DNA of 64,000 bases from the NCBI GenBank assembly GCA_963664405.1, contig OY761158.1, positions 5,536,001-5,600,000 on the forward strand, read 5' to 3'. A model generated the notes under the pieces. That model saw only the letters and a program-made list of their open reading frames with translations, did no database searches and was not told where the DNA came from. The position numbers were made by a program, and so were the translations under genes. Shown one piece after another: positions 47,123-56,662 of the stretch (the stretch's first letter is position 1; the number at the start of each line of letters is the position of its first letter). The stretch comes from Thermoanaerobaculia bacterium. GTDB taxonomy: Bacteria > Acidobacteriota > Thermoanaerobaculia > Multivoradales > Multivoraceae.

Positions 47123-48127
47123 ATGTCCATGGTCCGCGACATGATTCCCGATTTTGAGCTCTTCCAGCCGAGCAGTGTGGAAGATGCTGTTTCTCTTCTG
47201 GATCGCCACGGCGAAGATGCCTGGCCCCTCGCCGGCGGTCTCGACAGCTTCGACTGGTTCAAGGATCGCGTAAAGCGCCCCAAGGTCGTCGTCGACCTCG
47301 GTGGCATCGAAGCGATGAGGGGAGTGAGGTCAACAGCCGAGGGGCTGGAGATCGGTGCTCTGACCACGCTTGCCGATGTGGCGAGCAATGCCGAAGTGCT
47401 CGAGCAGTTCGGCATCGTGGCCAAGGCCGCCGGCCTGGTTGCGACGCCCCAGATCCGAAACCAGGGCACCCTCGGGGGTAACGTCTCGCAAGACACGAGA
47501 TGTTGGTACTACCGCGGCGGCTGGCCCTGTTACCGCGCCGGCGGCAACGTCTGTTACGCCGATACCCCCGAGTCGATGAATCGGGAGCACTGCATCTTCG
47601 GCGCCAGTCGCTGTGTCGCGGTGAACCCCTCGGATACGGCGGGGGCGCTGGTTGCCGTGGACGCCGAGATGGTGATCCAAGGCCGACGCGGCGAGCGTGT
47701 CGTGGCAGCGGAGGACTTCTTCGTCGGGCCGGCCATCGACATCACGCGGATGACAGCGGTCAGGTCGGGTGAGCTGTTGGTCGCGATCCGTTTGCCCTCG
47801 GAGTGGGCAGGTGCCAGCTTTCATTTCGAGAAAGTGAGAGACCGTCAGAGTTGGGACTTCGCTATTGTCAGCGTTGCGGCAGTCGTGAAGGTCGAAGGTG
47901 GCACCATCCGTGACCTGCGTCTGGTGGCCAACAGTGTCGCGCCCTACCCGCTGCGGCTCAAGGAGGCTGAAGCAGAGGCACGAGGCCAGGCGGTCGGCGA
48001 TGCGGTGGCAAAGGCCGCGGGCGAGGCAGCGATTCGAGGAGCAAAGCCGCTCCAACAGAACGGCTTCAAAGTGCCGCTGTTGCGTAATCTGGTTCGCCGA
48101 GCGGTGCGCGAAACGACTGCGGCCTAG
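47123..48127 (+). CDS. FAD-binding subunit with a Cys-rich insertion (PaoB-like)
   Basis: LAGGLD, QIRNQGTLGGN, RCWYYR..PCY..GG..CY...RC..NPSD. Confidence 0.92.
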   Translation: MSMVRDMIPDFELFQPSSVEDAVSLLDRHGEDAWPLAGGLDSFDWFKDRVKRPKVVVDLGGIEAMRGVRSTAEGLEIGALTTLADVASNAEVLEQFGIVAKAAGLVATPQIRNQGTLGGNVSQDTRCWYYRGGWPCYRAGGNVCYADTPESMNREHCIFGASRCVAVNPSDTAGALVAVDAEMVIQGRRGERVVAAEDFFVGPAIDITRMTAVRSGELLVAIRLPSEWAGASFHFEKVRDRQSWDFAIVSVAAVVKVEGGTIRDLRLVANSVAPYPLRLKEAEAEARGQAVGDAVAKAAGEAAIRGAKPLQQNGFKVPLLRNLVRRAVRETTAA

Positions 48128-48129
48128 AC

Positions 48130-48156
48130 GGCGGAATGCGGGGTAGCATTTCCGCC
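48130..48156. terminator. Stem-loop after the FAD subunit (terminator or mRNA stabiliser)
   Basis: GGCGGAATGC-GGGGTA-GCATTTCCGCC; no U-tract. Confidence 0.3.
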
Positions 48157-48240
48157 GCCGTCGGGCTCCTGGCAGTTGTTGAGACCCGGAAGCGCTCACG
48201 CCGCGCTGTCGCGGGTTAGGAATCGGTTTCGAAGGGAGAG

Positions 48241-49107
48241 ATGGGTATGGATATTTTCCAACGTGCACAAAACCCCTGGGGCCAGGAGGTTCTGGTCAGG
48301 ATCTCTTGGGATCTGTTCTGGGTTTTCCTGGCTGTAGGCTTCGGCTTCGTCGTCGTTCATCTTCTGATGCGCGGTCGGTGGAAAGGGGAGAAGCCCAAGG
48401 CCCCAGCCGGCGCTGCGGCCGGTGTGCCTCAGAAGGTGGTGCGCCACGGCATCGTGGCTCGGCTCTTCCATTGGGTGATGGCTCTCGCCATGCTCGTGCT
48501 GCTCGTTACCGGCTTTCTACCTCAAGTCGGTATTCACTTTGCCTGGCTGAAACTGCATTGGATCTTCGGAGTGGTGCTGATCATCTCGATCATCTTTCAC
48601 ATGCTGCATGCCACGTTCGTCCTCAATTGGCGGGATATCTGGCTCTCGCCTACGGACGTCAAAGAGTGGTGGCAGGCGATGCGCCACGATCTCGGAGGCG
48701 GAGAGCCGGCTCCCAAGCCGGGTAAATACCCTGTCGATCACAAGCTCTACCATCATGCTGTTACGGTGGCGGGCTTCGCTGCGATGATTACGGGCGTCCT
48801 GATGATGTTCCGGATCGACAATCCTATCTTCGAGCGCAACACTTATATGTACAGCGACTCGACCTGGGGACTGATCTACGTGCTGCATGGCCTCGGCGGC
48901 GTTGGCTTGGTGGCCCTCACGGTGACGCATATCTATTTCGCCATTCTTCCCGAGAAGCGCTTCATCACTCGCTCGATGATCAAGGGCTGGATCTCGAAGG
49001 ATGAGTTCGCTGCTCACCACGACCCGAAGCGCTGGGACGTTGGTGGCGACGGCGGCGGCGACTCGGCTGATGCCCCGGCTGCCGCGCCGGCGTCGGAACA
49101 GGTCTGA
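48241..49107 (+). CDS. Cytochrome b (FdnI/Ni-hydrogenase b-type)
   Basis: RLFHWV, LHWIFG, PGKY, LHG, THIYFA...SMIKGW. Confidence 0.88.
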   Translation: MGMDIFQRAQNPWGQEVLVRISWDLFWVFLAVGFGFVVVHLLMRGRWKGEKPKAPAGAAAGVPQKVVRHGIVARLFHWVMALAMLVLLVTGFLPQVGIHFAWLKLHWIFGVVLIISIIFHMLHATFVLNWRDIWLSPTDVKEWWQAMRHDLGGGEPAPKPGKYPVDHKLYHHAVTVAGFAAMITGVLMMFRIDNPIFERNTYMYSDSTWGLIYVLHGLGGVGLVALTVTHIYFAILPEKRFITRSMIKGWISKDEFAAHHDPKRWDVGGDGGGDSADAPAAAPASEQV

Positions 49108-49117
49108 TTCATCGCCC

Positions 49118-49576
49118 ATGAGCTCGGTCCGAGAAGAGCTTGCTCGGCGCATCAATGCCGTCGAAGGGGGGTACGAGTTCATGCTCGCTTACGCCGCCCA
49201 GGGACTGCCATCTGAAGCGGGATCCAAGTCCGGCAGCCAGTTGCGCGTCGAGCTCCGGCAGGTCGAGGCGGCTCTCGATGGCCTCGAAGAATCGTTCGCT
49301 GCCTTCCTCGAGGAGAGGGCGCAAGCCGAAGCTGGGACGGAGCCGGGCGATTTTATTCAGGTTCTCGGGGAGGATGCCCGCAAGTCTCTGGCGGCCCTCC
49401 GATTGGTTCTCGCTCAGCCGGCGATCTCGTCGCAGCTGGTTGACAACCTCAACGCTTCGATTCATCTGCGAGCCTTGCTTACCGACGTCTTCCTGGTCGA
49501 CGAGATCCTTCAGGTTCTCGGCTCGAGTGTGCCCGCCGCGCAACAGATGGTCGAAGAAGAAGCCGGCTCGAACTGA
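49118..49576 (+). CDS. Hypothetical helical protein
   Basis: YEFMLAYAAQG ... SSQLVDNLNASIHLRALLTD; 10 bp after the cytochrome b gene. Confidence 0.7.
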   Translation: MSSVREELARRINAVEGGYEFMLAYAAQGLPSEAGSKSGSQLRVELRQVEAALDGLEESFAAFLEERAQAEAGTEPGDFIQVLGEDARKSLAALRLVLAQPAISSQLVDNLNASIHLRALLTDVFLVDEILQVLGSSVPAAQQMVEEEAGSN

Positions 49577-49585
49577 CGCGTTCCA

Positions 49586-50911
49586 ATGGCGCTTGTCTCC
49601 CGCTGGGCAGTTGCCTCGTTGGCGCTCTTGGTGGCGGCGAGTAGCGGAGGCGAGCCGAATTGGCCTCAATGGCGAGGGCCCCAGGGGACAGGCTCCGCTC
49701 CTGATGCCGATCCTCCCGTAGTCTGGAGTGAAGGCGCAAATATCCGTTGGAAACTGCCGCTGCCGGGACTGGGGCATTCGTCGCCGGTGGTGTGGGGCGA
49801 TCTGGTATTCGTCACCACGGCATCGCCCCGCGGCGCTCCTTTCGAGGCGAGATACGACAACGCGCCCGGTGTGCATGACAGCGTTCCGGTTACTCAGCAG
49901 TACTCCTTCTCGGCTTTGGCTGTCAGTCGCCACGACGGAAGAATCGTCTGGGAGCGCGAGCTCGAGACCGAGACCCCTCACGAAGGGGGGCACTACTCCG
50001 GAAGCCTGGCCTCGAGCTCGCCGGTGACCGATGGTGAGCATCTCTTCGTCTTCTTCGGCTCGCGCGGTCTCTACGCTCTGAGCCTTGATGGAGGCTTGCA
50101 GTGGAAGGCCGACCTCGGGGAGATGCGCACCAAGCACTCGCATGGGGAAGGGAGCTCTCCTGTCCTTCATGGCGACGCGCTGATCGTCAACTGGGATCAC
50201 GAAGGTCAGTCGTTCGTTGCCGCGTTCGACAAGGCCACAGGTAACGAGCGCTGGAAGGTCGATCGCGATGAGGTCAGCTCCTGGGCCACGCCGATCGTGG
50301 TGGAGCACGCCGGCAAGCCGCAGGTGATCGTCAATGGGACGGGCCGAGTGAGAGGCTACGATCTCGCAACCGGCGCGGTCATCTGGGAGTGTGGCGGACT
50401 GTCGGCGAATGTGGTCGCCTCCCCGGTAGCGGCGGACGGTATGGTCTATGCCGCCAGCAGCTACGACACCCGCGCCATGTTGGCGATACGCCTGGCTGGC
50501 GCCAAGGGTGACATAACCGGTACGGATCAGGTCGCCTGGACGCGCTCGCGGGCCACTCCTTACGTTCCTTCGCTCCTCCTTTACGAAGACTCCCTATATT
50601 TTCTGCGCCACTACCAGGGAGTCCTGTCGCGCGTCGTGGCGAGAACCGGGGAGGAGAAGTCCGGCCCCTTTCGGCTTGGCGGCCTCCGAGACATTTACTC
50701 CTCACCCGTAGCCGCAGCCGGGCGGATCTACATCACCGACCGCAACGGCGCGACCCTGGTTCTCAGTCATGCGGACAAGCCCGAGCTACTTGCCCTCAAC
50801 CGGCTCGATGACAGTTTCAGCGCCTCGGCGGCGCTGGTCGGTCGCGAGTTGTTTCTTCGCGGAGAGCGCAGTCTCTACTGCATCGCGGAAGAGGGCTCCG
50901 GCTCTGATTGA
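49586..50911 (+). CDS. PQQ-binding-like beta-propeller protein (BamB-like)
   Basis: NWPQWRGP and repeated SSPV/TP...G...W blades; signal peptide. Confidence 0.88.
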   Translation: MALVSRWAVASLALLVAASSGGEPNWPQWRGPQGTGSAPDADPPVVWSEGANIRWKLPLPGLGHSSPVVWGDLVFVTTASPRGAPFEARYDNAPGVHDSVPVTQQYSFSALAVSRHDGRIVWERELETETPHEGGHYSGSLASSSPVTDGEHLFVFFGSRGLYALSLDGGLQWKADLGEMRTKHSHGEGSSPVLHGDALIVNWDHEGQSFVAAFDKATGNERWKVDRDEVSSWATPIVVEHAGKPQVIVNGTGRVRGYDLATGAVIWECGGLSANVVASPVAADGMVYAASSYDTRAMLAIRLAGAKGDITGTDQVAWTRSRATPYVPSLLLYEDSLYFLRHYQGVLSRVVARTGEEKSGPFRLGGLRDIYSSPVAAAGRIYITDRNGATLVLSHADKPELLALNRLDDSFSASAALVGRELFLRGERSLYCIAEEGSGSD

Positions 50912-50912
50912 G

Positions 50913-51458
50913 TCAGCTACCCAGTACCTTTCGTCCTGCGAGAATGAGCGCGAGCGCGCTCGGAGCGTCTTGGACGCCCCCGCCGAGAGCCAGCTCGACC
51001 GCTTGCTCCAGTGGAAGGTATACGAGCTCCATCTGCTCGGTCGGCTCTCGACGTAGGGTCCCGGTCTGTTGGAGCCCGGTAGCGAGGAAGAGGTGGAAGC
51101 GCTCATCGCTGATGCCGTCGCAGCTGAAGAAGGAGCCTAGAGGGGTCAGATCGTTGGCGATCCATCCGGTTTCCTCTTCCAGCTCTCGGTGAGCCCCCTG
51201 TACCGGACTGTCTCCATCCAAGGAACCGGATGGGCATTCGAGGAGAGTCTCTTGCACGGTGTAGCGATAGACGCGCTCGAGGAGGACACGTCCGTCGTCG
51301 AGCAGGGGTACGACCATGGAAAAACCGGGGTGCACGACCACCGTGTAGGTGATGTCCTCTCCGGTCGGCAGCTCGACTTGATCTTCACGGACCTTGAACC
51401 AGCCGGTGTCGAGGAGGTAGCGTGACTTCTGTGTCTTCCAGCCGCCGTCGTGCTTCAT
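50913..51458 (-). CDS. NUDIX hydrolase (ADP-ribose pyrophosphatase-like)
   Basis: Nudix box PSGSLDGDSPVQGAHRELEEETG. Confidence 0.88.
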   Translation of the reverse strand: MKHDGGWKTQKSRYLLDTGWFKVREDQVELPTGEDITYTVVVHPGFSMVVPLLDDGRVLLERVYRYTVQETLLECPSGSLDGDSPVQGAHRELEEETGWIANDLTPLGSFFSCDGISDERFHLFLATGLQQTGTLRREPTEQMELVYLPLEQAVELALGGGVQDAPSALALILAGRKVLGS

Positions 51459-51489
51459 GCCCCTCTTATATCAGCAGGGCCGCTCCCTC

Positions 51490-51993
51490 GTGACTCAGAA
51501 CATCTCTTGTGAGGTCGGCCGGCGAGAGGATCTCCTGCCGTTTCTCGATCTCCTCGAGGAAGCGGAGAGCTGGCTCTCGGCACGAGGCATCTGGCAATGG
51601 CAGCGGGGGTCGCATCGGCGTCAGCTTTCGCGACTCGATCGCTTCCTCGGGTCAGGATCGCTGCTTGTAGCCTGGCAGGGCGAGAGGCTTGCCGGAGGGT
51701 GCCTGGTGACCCCCACTCCCTACGATGCCTGGCGAGGGCACCCGGGCTCCGCCGCCTATCTGGAGAAGTTGGTGGTTGCGCGTTTCGCCTCGGGCCGATC
51801 TTCGGGTACTCGCCTGATGAGCTTTGCCGAGCGTTGGTCTCGCGACCAGGGTATGGACCTGCTTCGCCTCGATTGCCTTGACGAGAGCGAGAGAATGCGT
51901 CGCTACTATCGCGACCTCGGTTTTCGAGAGCTCGAGGTGACGACCAAGGGTGCTCAGAGGGTGCGGCTCTTCGAGAAGCCGCTGGCGGGCTAA
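51490..51993 (+). CDS. GNAT family N-acetyltransferase
   Basis: WLSARGIWQW, YLEKLVV, LRLDC, YYRDLGF. Confidence 0.85.
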   Translation: MTQNISCEVGRREDLLPFLDLLEEAESWLSARGIWQWQRGSHRRQLSRLDRFLGSGSLLVAWQGERLAGGCLVTPTPYDAWRGHPGSAAYLEKLVVARFASGRSSGTRLMSFAERWSRDQGMDLLRLDCLDESERMRRYYRDLGFRELEVTTKGAQRVRLFEKPLAG

Positions 51994-52841
51994 ACCTCGA
52001 GGCGGTAGACGTCTCCGTCGCGAACGACCTTGCCGGCGCTTGGGGTGGCGAAGTGGGTGCCGATGACGAGGACCGGGTTGTCAGCGAGCTCTTCGAGCTT
52101 AGCGAGCCGGGTCGCTTTGGCGATCTTCTGGTCCCAATCGGCGCTCGAACACCAGTCGAGCCGGGCCAGTTGGCAGGGGTGGTGAATGAAGTCGCCGGTG
52201 ATCAGAGCTTCATCGCCCTGTGAGGAAATGCGGACGCTCACGTGGCCTGGAGTATGCCCACGGCTGGGCTCGAGTCGAATCTCCGGGCAGAGCTGGTGAT
52301 CGACTTCGACCAGCTGGTGCAGGTCGGCTTCGACAATGGGTCGGACCGAGTCGTCGATGGCGTCGCTGTACTGATCGCCGGTCTCCTGCTCACCCCAATG
52401 CTCCCACTCTTCGCGGCCGAAGAGGTATCGAGCGTTGGGGAAAGTCGGGACCCAGGAGCCGTCGACCAGGCGGGTATTCCAGCCGACATGATCGACGTGG
52501 AGGTGGGTACAGAGGACGGTGTCGATCGACTCGGCGGCGAATCCGGCCGCGGCGAGATCTTCGAGGAACGGACCGCTGCGCATATGCCAGGGTGGAATGC
52601 TGCGGGCCTTGTCGTTGCCGACGCAGGTGTCGATGACGATCCGGTGCTGCGGTGTCTCCACTATCAGGGCATGAATGCTCATGATGAGGTTGCCGTCGGC
52701 GTCGGCGAAGTGAGGCCGCAACCAGGCGATCGGCTTGACCTCATCGCGCACGGCGTCCGGGAGGATGAAACGTGTGCCACCGGCGATCTCGAGCTCTACG
52801 ACTCTGGTGATCTTGACGTCACCGATCTGCCACTTGTTCAT
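51990..52841 (-). CDS. MBL-fold metallo-hydrolase
   Basis: THLHVDHVG, GHTPGH, TGD, THF. Confidence 0.92.
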   Translation of the reverse strand: MNKWQIGDVKITRVVELEIAGGTRFILPDAVRDEVKPIAWLRPHFADADGNLIMSIHALIVETPQHRIVIDTCVGNDKARSIPPWHMRSGPFLEDLAAAGFAAESIDTVLCTHLHVDHVGWNTRLVDGSWVPTFPNARYLFGREEWEHWGEQETGDQYSDAIDDSVRPIVEADLHQLVEVDHQLCPEIRLEPSRGHTPGHVSVRISSQGDEALITGDFIHHPCQLARLDWCSSADWDQKIAKATRLAKLEELADNPVLVIGTHFATPSAGKVVRDGDVYRLEV

Positions 52842-52974
52842 CGTCCCGTCCCCCTCTCAGAAGCCCTGCCGGGCCCGCGTTTCTTCGTCGAAGGACGAGA
52901 ATAGCGTTTTAGGGACGGCGCAGCATAGCCAACCCCTCTTGCCTGAGGAGACTCGGCAAGCCGAAGGGCGTACC

Positions 52975-53577
52975 ATGGACCCCGTGCAACAGTTTCTGGG
53001 GCTCACGGCTTTGCTCTTCGCGAGCTTCTGTGCGCAGGATCTCGCTCAACTGCGTTCCGAAGAGCCGAGGCCGGGGGATCTGCTGATTGCCGGCACCGCG
53101 CTCAGCGATCCCAACTTCGCAGAGTCGGTGGTGTTGTTGCTGGAGGCTGGCCCGGAGGGCGCGGGCGGCGTGATCCTCAATCGACCGATGCCGATCCAGG
53201 TGTCGACTGTCATGCCTCAGATCGAAGAGCTCGAAGGCCGATCCGATGTTCTGCACTGGGGCGGCCCGGTCGAGCCCGGCGCGTCATTGATGCTGGTGCG
53301 CCGCGGCAGTGAACCCTCGGAAGGGTTGAAGGTTCTCGAAGGTGTCTACGTCGTGCGGAGTACCGAGAGTCTGCGTCAGCTCTTGCTCCTCGGCATCCCG
53401 GAGAACGATCTGCGTGTCTTCGGTGGCTATGCCGGCTGGTCTCCTGGACAGCTCGAGTGGGAGATTGCCAATGGCGGCTGGCGCCTGCGCCGCGCGAGCG
53501 CGCGCTGGATCTTCGACGTGGAGCCGTCTGAGCTCTGGGAGAAGCTCATCAAACTCGCCCGTTCCCCGGTGGTTTGA
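52975..53577 (+). CDS. YqgE/AlgH family protein
   Basis: DPNFAESVVLL, GVILNRP, GGPV, GYAGWSPGQLEWEI. Confidence 0.9.
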   Translation: MDPVQQFLGLTALLFASFCAQDLAQLRSEEPRPGDLLIAGTALSDPNFAESVVLLLEAGPEGAGGVILNRPMPIQVSTVMPQIEELEGRSDVLHWGGPVEPGASLMLVRRGSEPSEGLKVLEGVYVVRSTESLRQLLLLGIPENDLRVFGGYAGWSPGQLEWEIANGGWRLRRASARWIFDVEPSELWEKLIKLARSPVV

Positions 53578-53651
53578 GGGCGAAGAGCGCCGAATCGCGT
53601 GCTAACGTAGCGGGTCACTAATCACTGACTTCTCGCAGGTTACCAGGCGCC

Positions 53652-54158
53652 ATGAACCACGACAGCTATTCGGATGCCTACATTCTCGGGATCCTGGGCT
53701 CAGTGCGAACCTTTGCGATGGTCGGCGCGAGCTCCAACTGGAACCGACCCAGCTTCTTCGCCATGAAGTACCTTCAAGAGAAGGGTTTTCGCGTCATTCC
53801 GGTGAATCCTCGCTTGGCCGCCGCCGGCGAGGAGGTTCTCGGGGAGAAGGCCTACGCTTCGCTGGCTGAGGTTCCGGGGCCCTTCGAGATGGTTGATATC
53901 TATCGCAACTCGGAAGCGGCCGGTGGGATCGTCGACGAGACCATCGCGGTGGCGAAGGAGAAGGGGATTCGGGTGGTGTGGATGCAGCTGGGGGTTCGCA
54001 ATGACGATGCGGCGCTCAGAGCCGAACGGGCAGGCCTAGAGGTGGTGATGAATCGATGTCCCAAGATCGAATGGGGCCGGCTGCACTCAGAGCTGTCGTG
54101 GGGAGGCTTCAACTCGGGAGTCGTTAGCAGCCGGCGGAGGCGGTACGCGGTCGCATGA
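53652..54158 (+). CDS. CoA-binding protein (YccU-like)
   Basis: VGASS, IPVNP, VWMQLG, VMNRCPKIE. Confidence 0.9.
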   Translation: MNHDSYSDAYILGILGSVRTFAMVGASSNWNRPSFFAMKYLQEKGFRVIPVNPRLAAAGEEVLGEKAYASLAEVPGPFEMVDIYRNSEAAGGIVDETIAVAKEKGIRVVWMQLGVRNDDAALRAERAGLEVVMNRCPKIEWGRLHSELSWGGFNSGVVSSRRRRYAVA

Positions 54159-55459
54159 GGAGAGTGAGGGAAGAGAATTTCGGCTTCGAAACGCGGATGA
54201 TCCACACCGGCTCCCAGCCAGAACCGGTCACGGGCGCCCGTCAGACTCCCATTTACCAGACCACCGCCTATTCCTTTTATGATTCCGAGCACGCGGCTTC
54301 GCTGTTCAATCTCCAGACCTTCGGTTTTGTCTACTCGCGCATCGGCAACCCGACAGTGTCGGTGCTCGAGGAGCGCATCGCCAGCCTCGAAGGGGGGCGC
54401 GGCGGTACCTGCTGCGCGACCGGTCATTCGGCCCAGATCCTCACTTTCTTTTCTTTCATGCAGCCTGGTGATGCCTTCGTTGCGTCAGACAAGCTCTATG
54501 GTGGCTCGATAACCCAGTTCGGCAAGACCTTCAAGAAATTCGATTGGCATGTCGAGTTCGTGGATGTGGACGATCTCGATGCTGTTCGCGCAGCGGTGGG
54601 CCCTGCGACCAAGGCCCTCTTTGTCGAGAGCTTGGCCAATCCGGGTGGAGTCATCAGTGACCTAGAGCCTCTGGCCGAGATTACGGCTGCGGCAGGCTGC
54701 CCGCTAATCGTCGACAACACTCTGGCGACTCCTTATTTGTGCCGTCCCATCGAGTGGGGGGCGGACCTCGTGGTTCACTCGACGACCAAGTTCCTGTCCG
54801 GCAACGGCACCTCGATGGGGGGCTGCGTTGTCGACAGTGGCCTCTTCGACTGGGCGCAGAACGACAAATATGGTGGCTTGACGCAGCCGGAGCCCGCGTA
54901 CCATGGCCTCACTTTCTATGAGACCTTCGGGGATCTGGCTTTCACCAGCCATGCTCACGCGGTTGGTTTGCGTGATCTGGGGCCGAGCATGGCGCCGATG
55001 AATGCCTTTCAGACCATCCTCGGCACCGAGACCTTGAGCCTGCGCATGGACCGGCACTGTGCCAACGCTCTCGAAATCGCGAGCTTTCTCGAGGAGCATC
55101 CCCGGGTCACCTGGGTCTCTTATGCCGGCTTGGAGTCAAGCCCCTATCATCAGAAGGCGCTCAAATATCTTCCTCTGGGTGCCGGCTCGGTTTTCACCTT
55201 CGGCGTTGATGGAGGCTACGATGCGGGTCTGCGCTTGGTCGAGAGCTGTGAGCTCTTCTCTCACCTCGCCAATGTGGGTGACGCTCGATCTCTCATCCTT
55301 CACCCGGCCTCGACCACCCATCGTCAGCTCAGCGAGGAGCAGCGGGTGCAGGCCGGGGCGGGACCGGACGTCGTTCGCCTTTCAATCGGGCTGGAGACTT
55401 GCGGCGATCTGATCGCCGACCTCGACAGGGCGTTAGCCAGGGCTGCCGAGGTCCGGTGA
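54155..55459 (+). CDS. metY: O-acetylhomoserine aminocarboxypropyltransferase/sulfhydrylase
   Basis: PIYQTT, YSRIGNPT, VDNT, HSTTKF, HLANVGD, HPASTTH. Confidence 0.92.
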   Translation: MRRVREENFGFETRMIHTGSQPEPVTGARQTPIYQTTAYSFYDSEHAASLFNLQTFGFVYSRIGNPTVSVLEERIASLEGGRGGTCCATGHSAQILTFFSFMQPGDAFVASDKLYGGSITQFGKTFKKFDWHVEFVDVDDLDAVRAAVGPATKALFVESLANPGGVISDLEPLAEITAAAGCPLIVDNTLATPYLCRPIEWGADLVVHSTTKFLSGNGTSMGGCVVDSGLFDWAQNDKYGGLTQPEPAYHGLTFYETFGDLAFTSHAHAVGLRDLGPSMAPMNAFQTILGTETLSLRMDRHCANALEIASFLEEHPRVTWVSYAGLESSPYHQKALKYLPLGAGSVFTFGVDGGYDAGLRLVESCELFSHLANVGDARSLILHPASTTHRQLSEEQRVQAGAGPDVVRLSIGLETCGDLIADLDRALARAAEVR

Positions 55460-56637
55460 CGACCGAGGCTACTCAGCGAGACGTCGAGAGCTCGTATGGC
55501 CAGGTCGAGACGCGCTTCTTCACCTTCGCCACCGAGGACGGGCCGATGCAGCTTCGTTCGGGCCAGACCCTGGGGCCCGTCACTCTCGCCTTCGAGACCT
55601 ACGGCGAGCTCAACGAGGAGAAGAATAATGCCGTTCTGGTGTTTCATGCTCTTACCGGAAGCCAGCATGCTGCCGGGGTCAACCCTCGAGTCGAGGCGGT
55701 AGGCGAGCTGTGGAACAAGGACTGCCAGCTAGGCTGGTGGGACCTTTTCGTCGGACCCGGCAAGGTGGTCGACACCGATCGTTTCTACGTCATCTGCGCT
55801 AACTACTTGGGAGGCTGCTACGGCTCGAGTGGCCCCCTCTCTGTGCCGTCCGGCGCGGCCGAGCCTTACGGGGCTGACTTTCCCAGGGTCGCGTTCGTCG
55901 ACACTGTCGACGGCAATGCAAGGCTTCTCGATCACCTCGGGGTCGAGCGGCTCCACGCGGTCGTCGGGGCGTCGACCGGAGGCCTTGCTTGCCTCAGCTT
56001 TGCGACCCGCTATCCCGACCGGGTCGAGCGGGTTGTGCCGATAGCTTCCGGACTCCTCACCACACCGCTGCAGCGAGTGCAGAACTTCGAGCAGATCATG
56101 GCGATCCAGAATGATCCGGCCTTCAAGGGGGGCCACTACGAGCCCGGTGAACCACCGCGGCAGGGGATGGTTCTTGCCCGCATGATCAGCCATAAGCTCT
56201 TCGTCTCGCTGCGCGACATGGAGCAGCGATCCAAGGGTGAGATCGCCGCCGGCGGCACGGAGAACGGCTGGTACGGGGTCGCGCACCCGCTGGAGTCCTA
56301 CATGCTCCATCAGGGGCAGAAGCTGCCTCAACGCTTCGACGCCAACTCCTATCTGCGGATTCTCGACGCATGGCAGACCTTCGACCTTCTCGGCGACGCC
56401 GGTGCTGAGAGCTTCGCCGAGCTTTTCTCGCGCTGCCGACACCAACGCTATTTGGTTTTCACCATCGACTCGGATATGTGCTTTCAGCCTGACGAGCAGC
56501 TACGTCTGGAGATCACTCTCGAGAACGCGGGCATCGAAAACCTCCGAGTGACAGTTCACTCTCTCAAGGGGCACGACTCCTTCTTGCTCGAGCCCCAGCT
56601 TTACGGACCCCACCTGGAGTTCTTTCTGAAGAATTGA
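55456..56637 (+). CDS. metX: Homoserine O-acetyltransferase
   Basis: ETYGELN, HALTG, GWW, LGGCYGSSGP, GASTGG nucleophile elbow, RFDANSY, GHDSFL. Confidence 0.9.
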   Translation: MTTEATQRDVESSYGQVETRFFTFATEDGPMQLRSGQTLGPVTLAFETYGELNEEKNNAVLVFHALTGSQHAAGVNPRVEAVGELWNKDCQLGWWDLFVGPGKVVDTDRFYVICANYLGGCYGSSGPLSVPSGAAEPYGADFPRVAFVDTVDGNARLLDHLGVERLHAVVGASTGGLACLSFATRYPDRVERVVPIASGLLTTPLQRVQNFEQIMAIQNDPAFKGGHYEPGEPPRQGMVLARMISHKLFVSLRDMEQRSKGEIAAGGTENGWYGVAHPLESYMLHQGQKLPQRFDANSYLRILDAWQTFDLLGDAGAESFAELFSRCRHQRYLVFTIDSDMCFQPDEQLRLEITLENAGIENLRVTVHSLKGHDSFLLEPQLYGPHLEFFLKN

Positions 56638-56662
56638 GGCTGGAGCAGAGACGAGGCCGCTG

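Noticed and set aside
49109-50308. Long antisense ORFs here and elsewhere (e.g. 3927-5120, 13072-14091, 44534-45619)
   Set aside because: Expected shadow frames in high-GC DNA opposite well-supported genes; no motifs.
53578-53651. SAM-type riboswitch before the CoA-binding/metY/metX genes
   Set aside because: Short leader with no recognisable SAM-I, SAM-II, SAM-V or SAM/SAH consensus by eye.
55960-55990. Inactive MetX because of GASTGG instead of GGSMGG
   Set aside because: The nucleophile Ser and the Asp/His residues are retained; this is ordinary variation.
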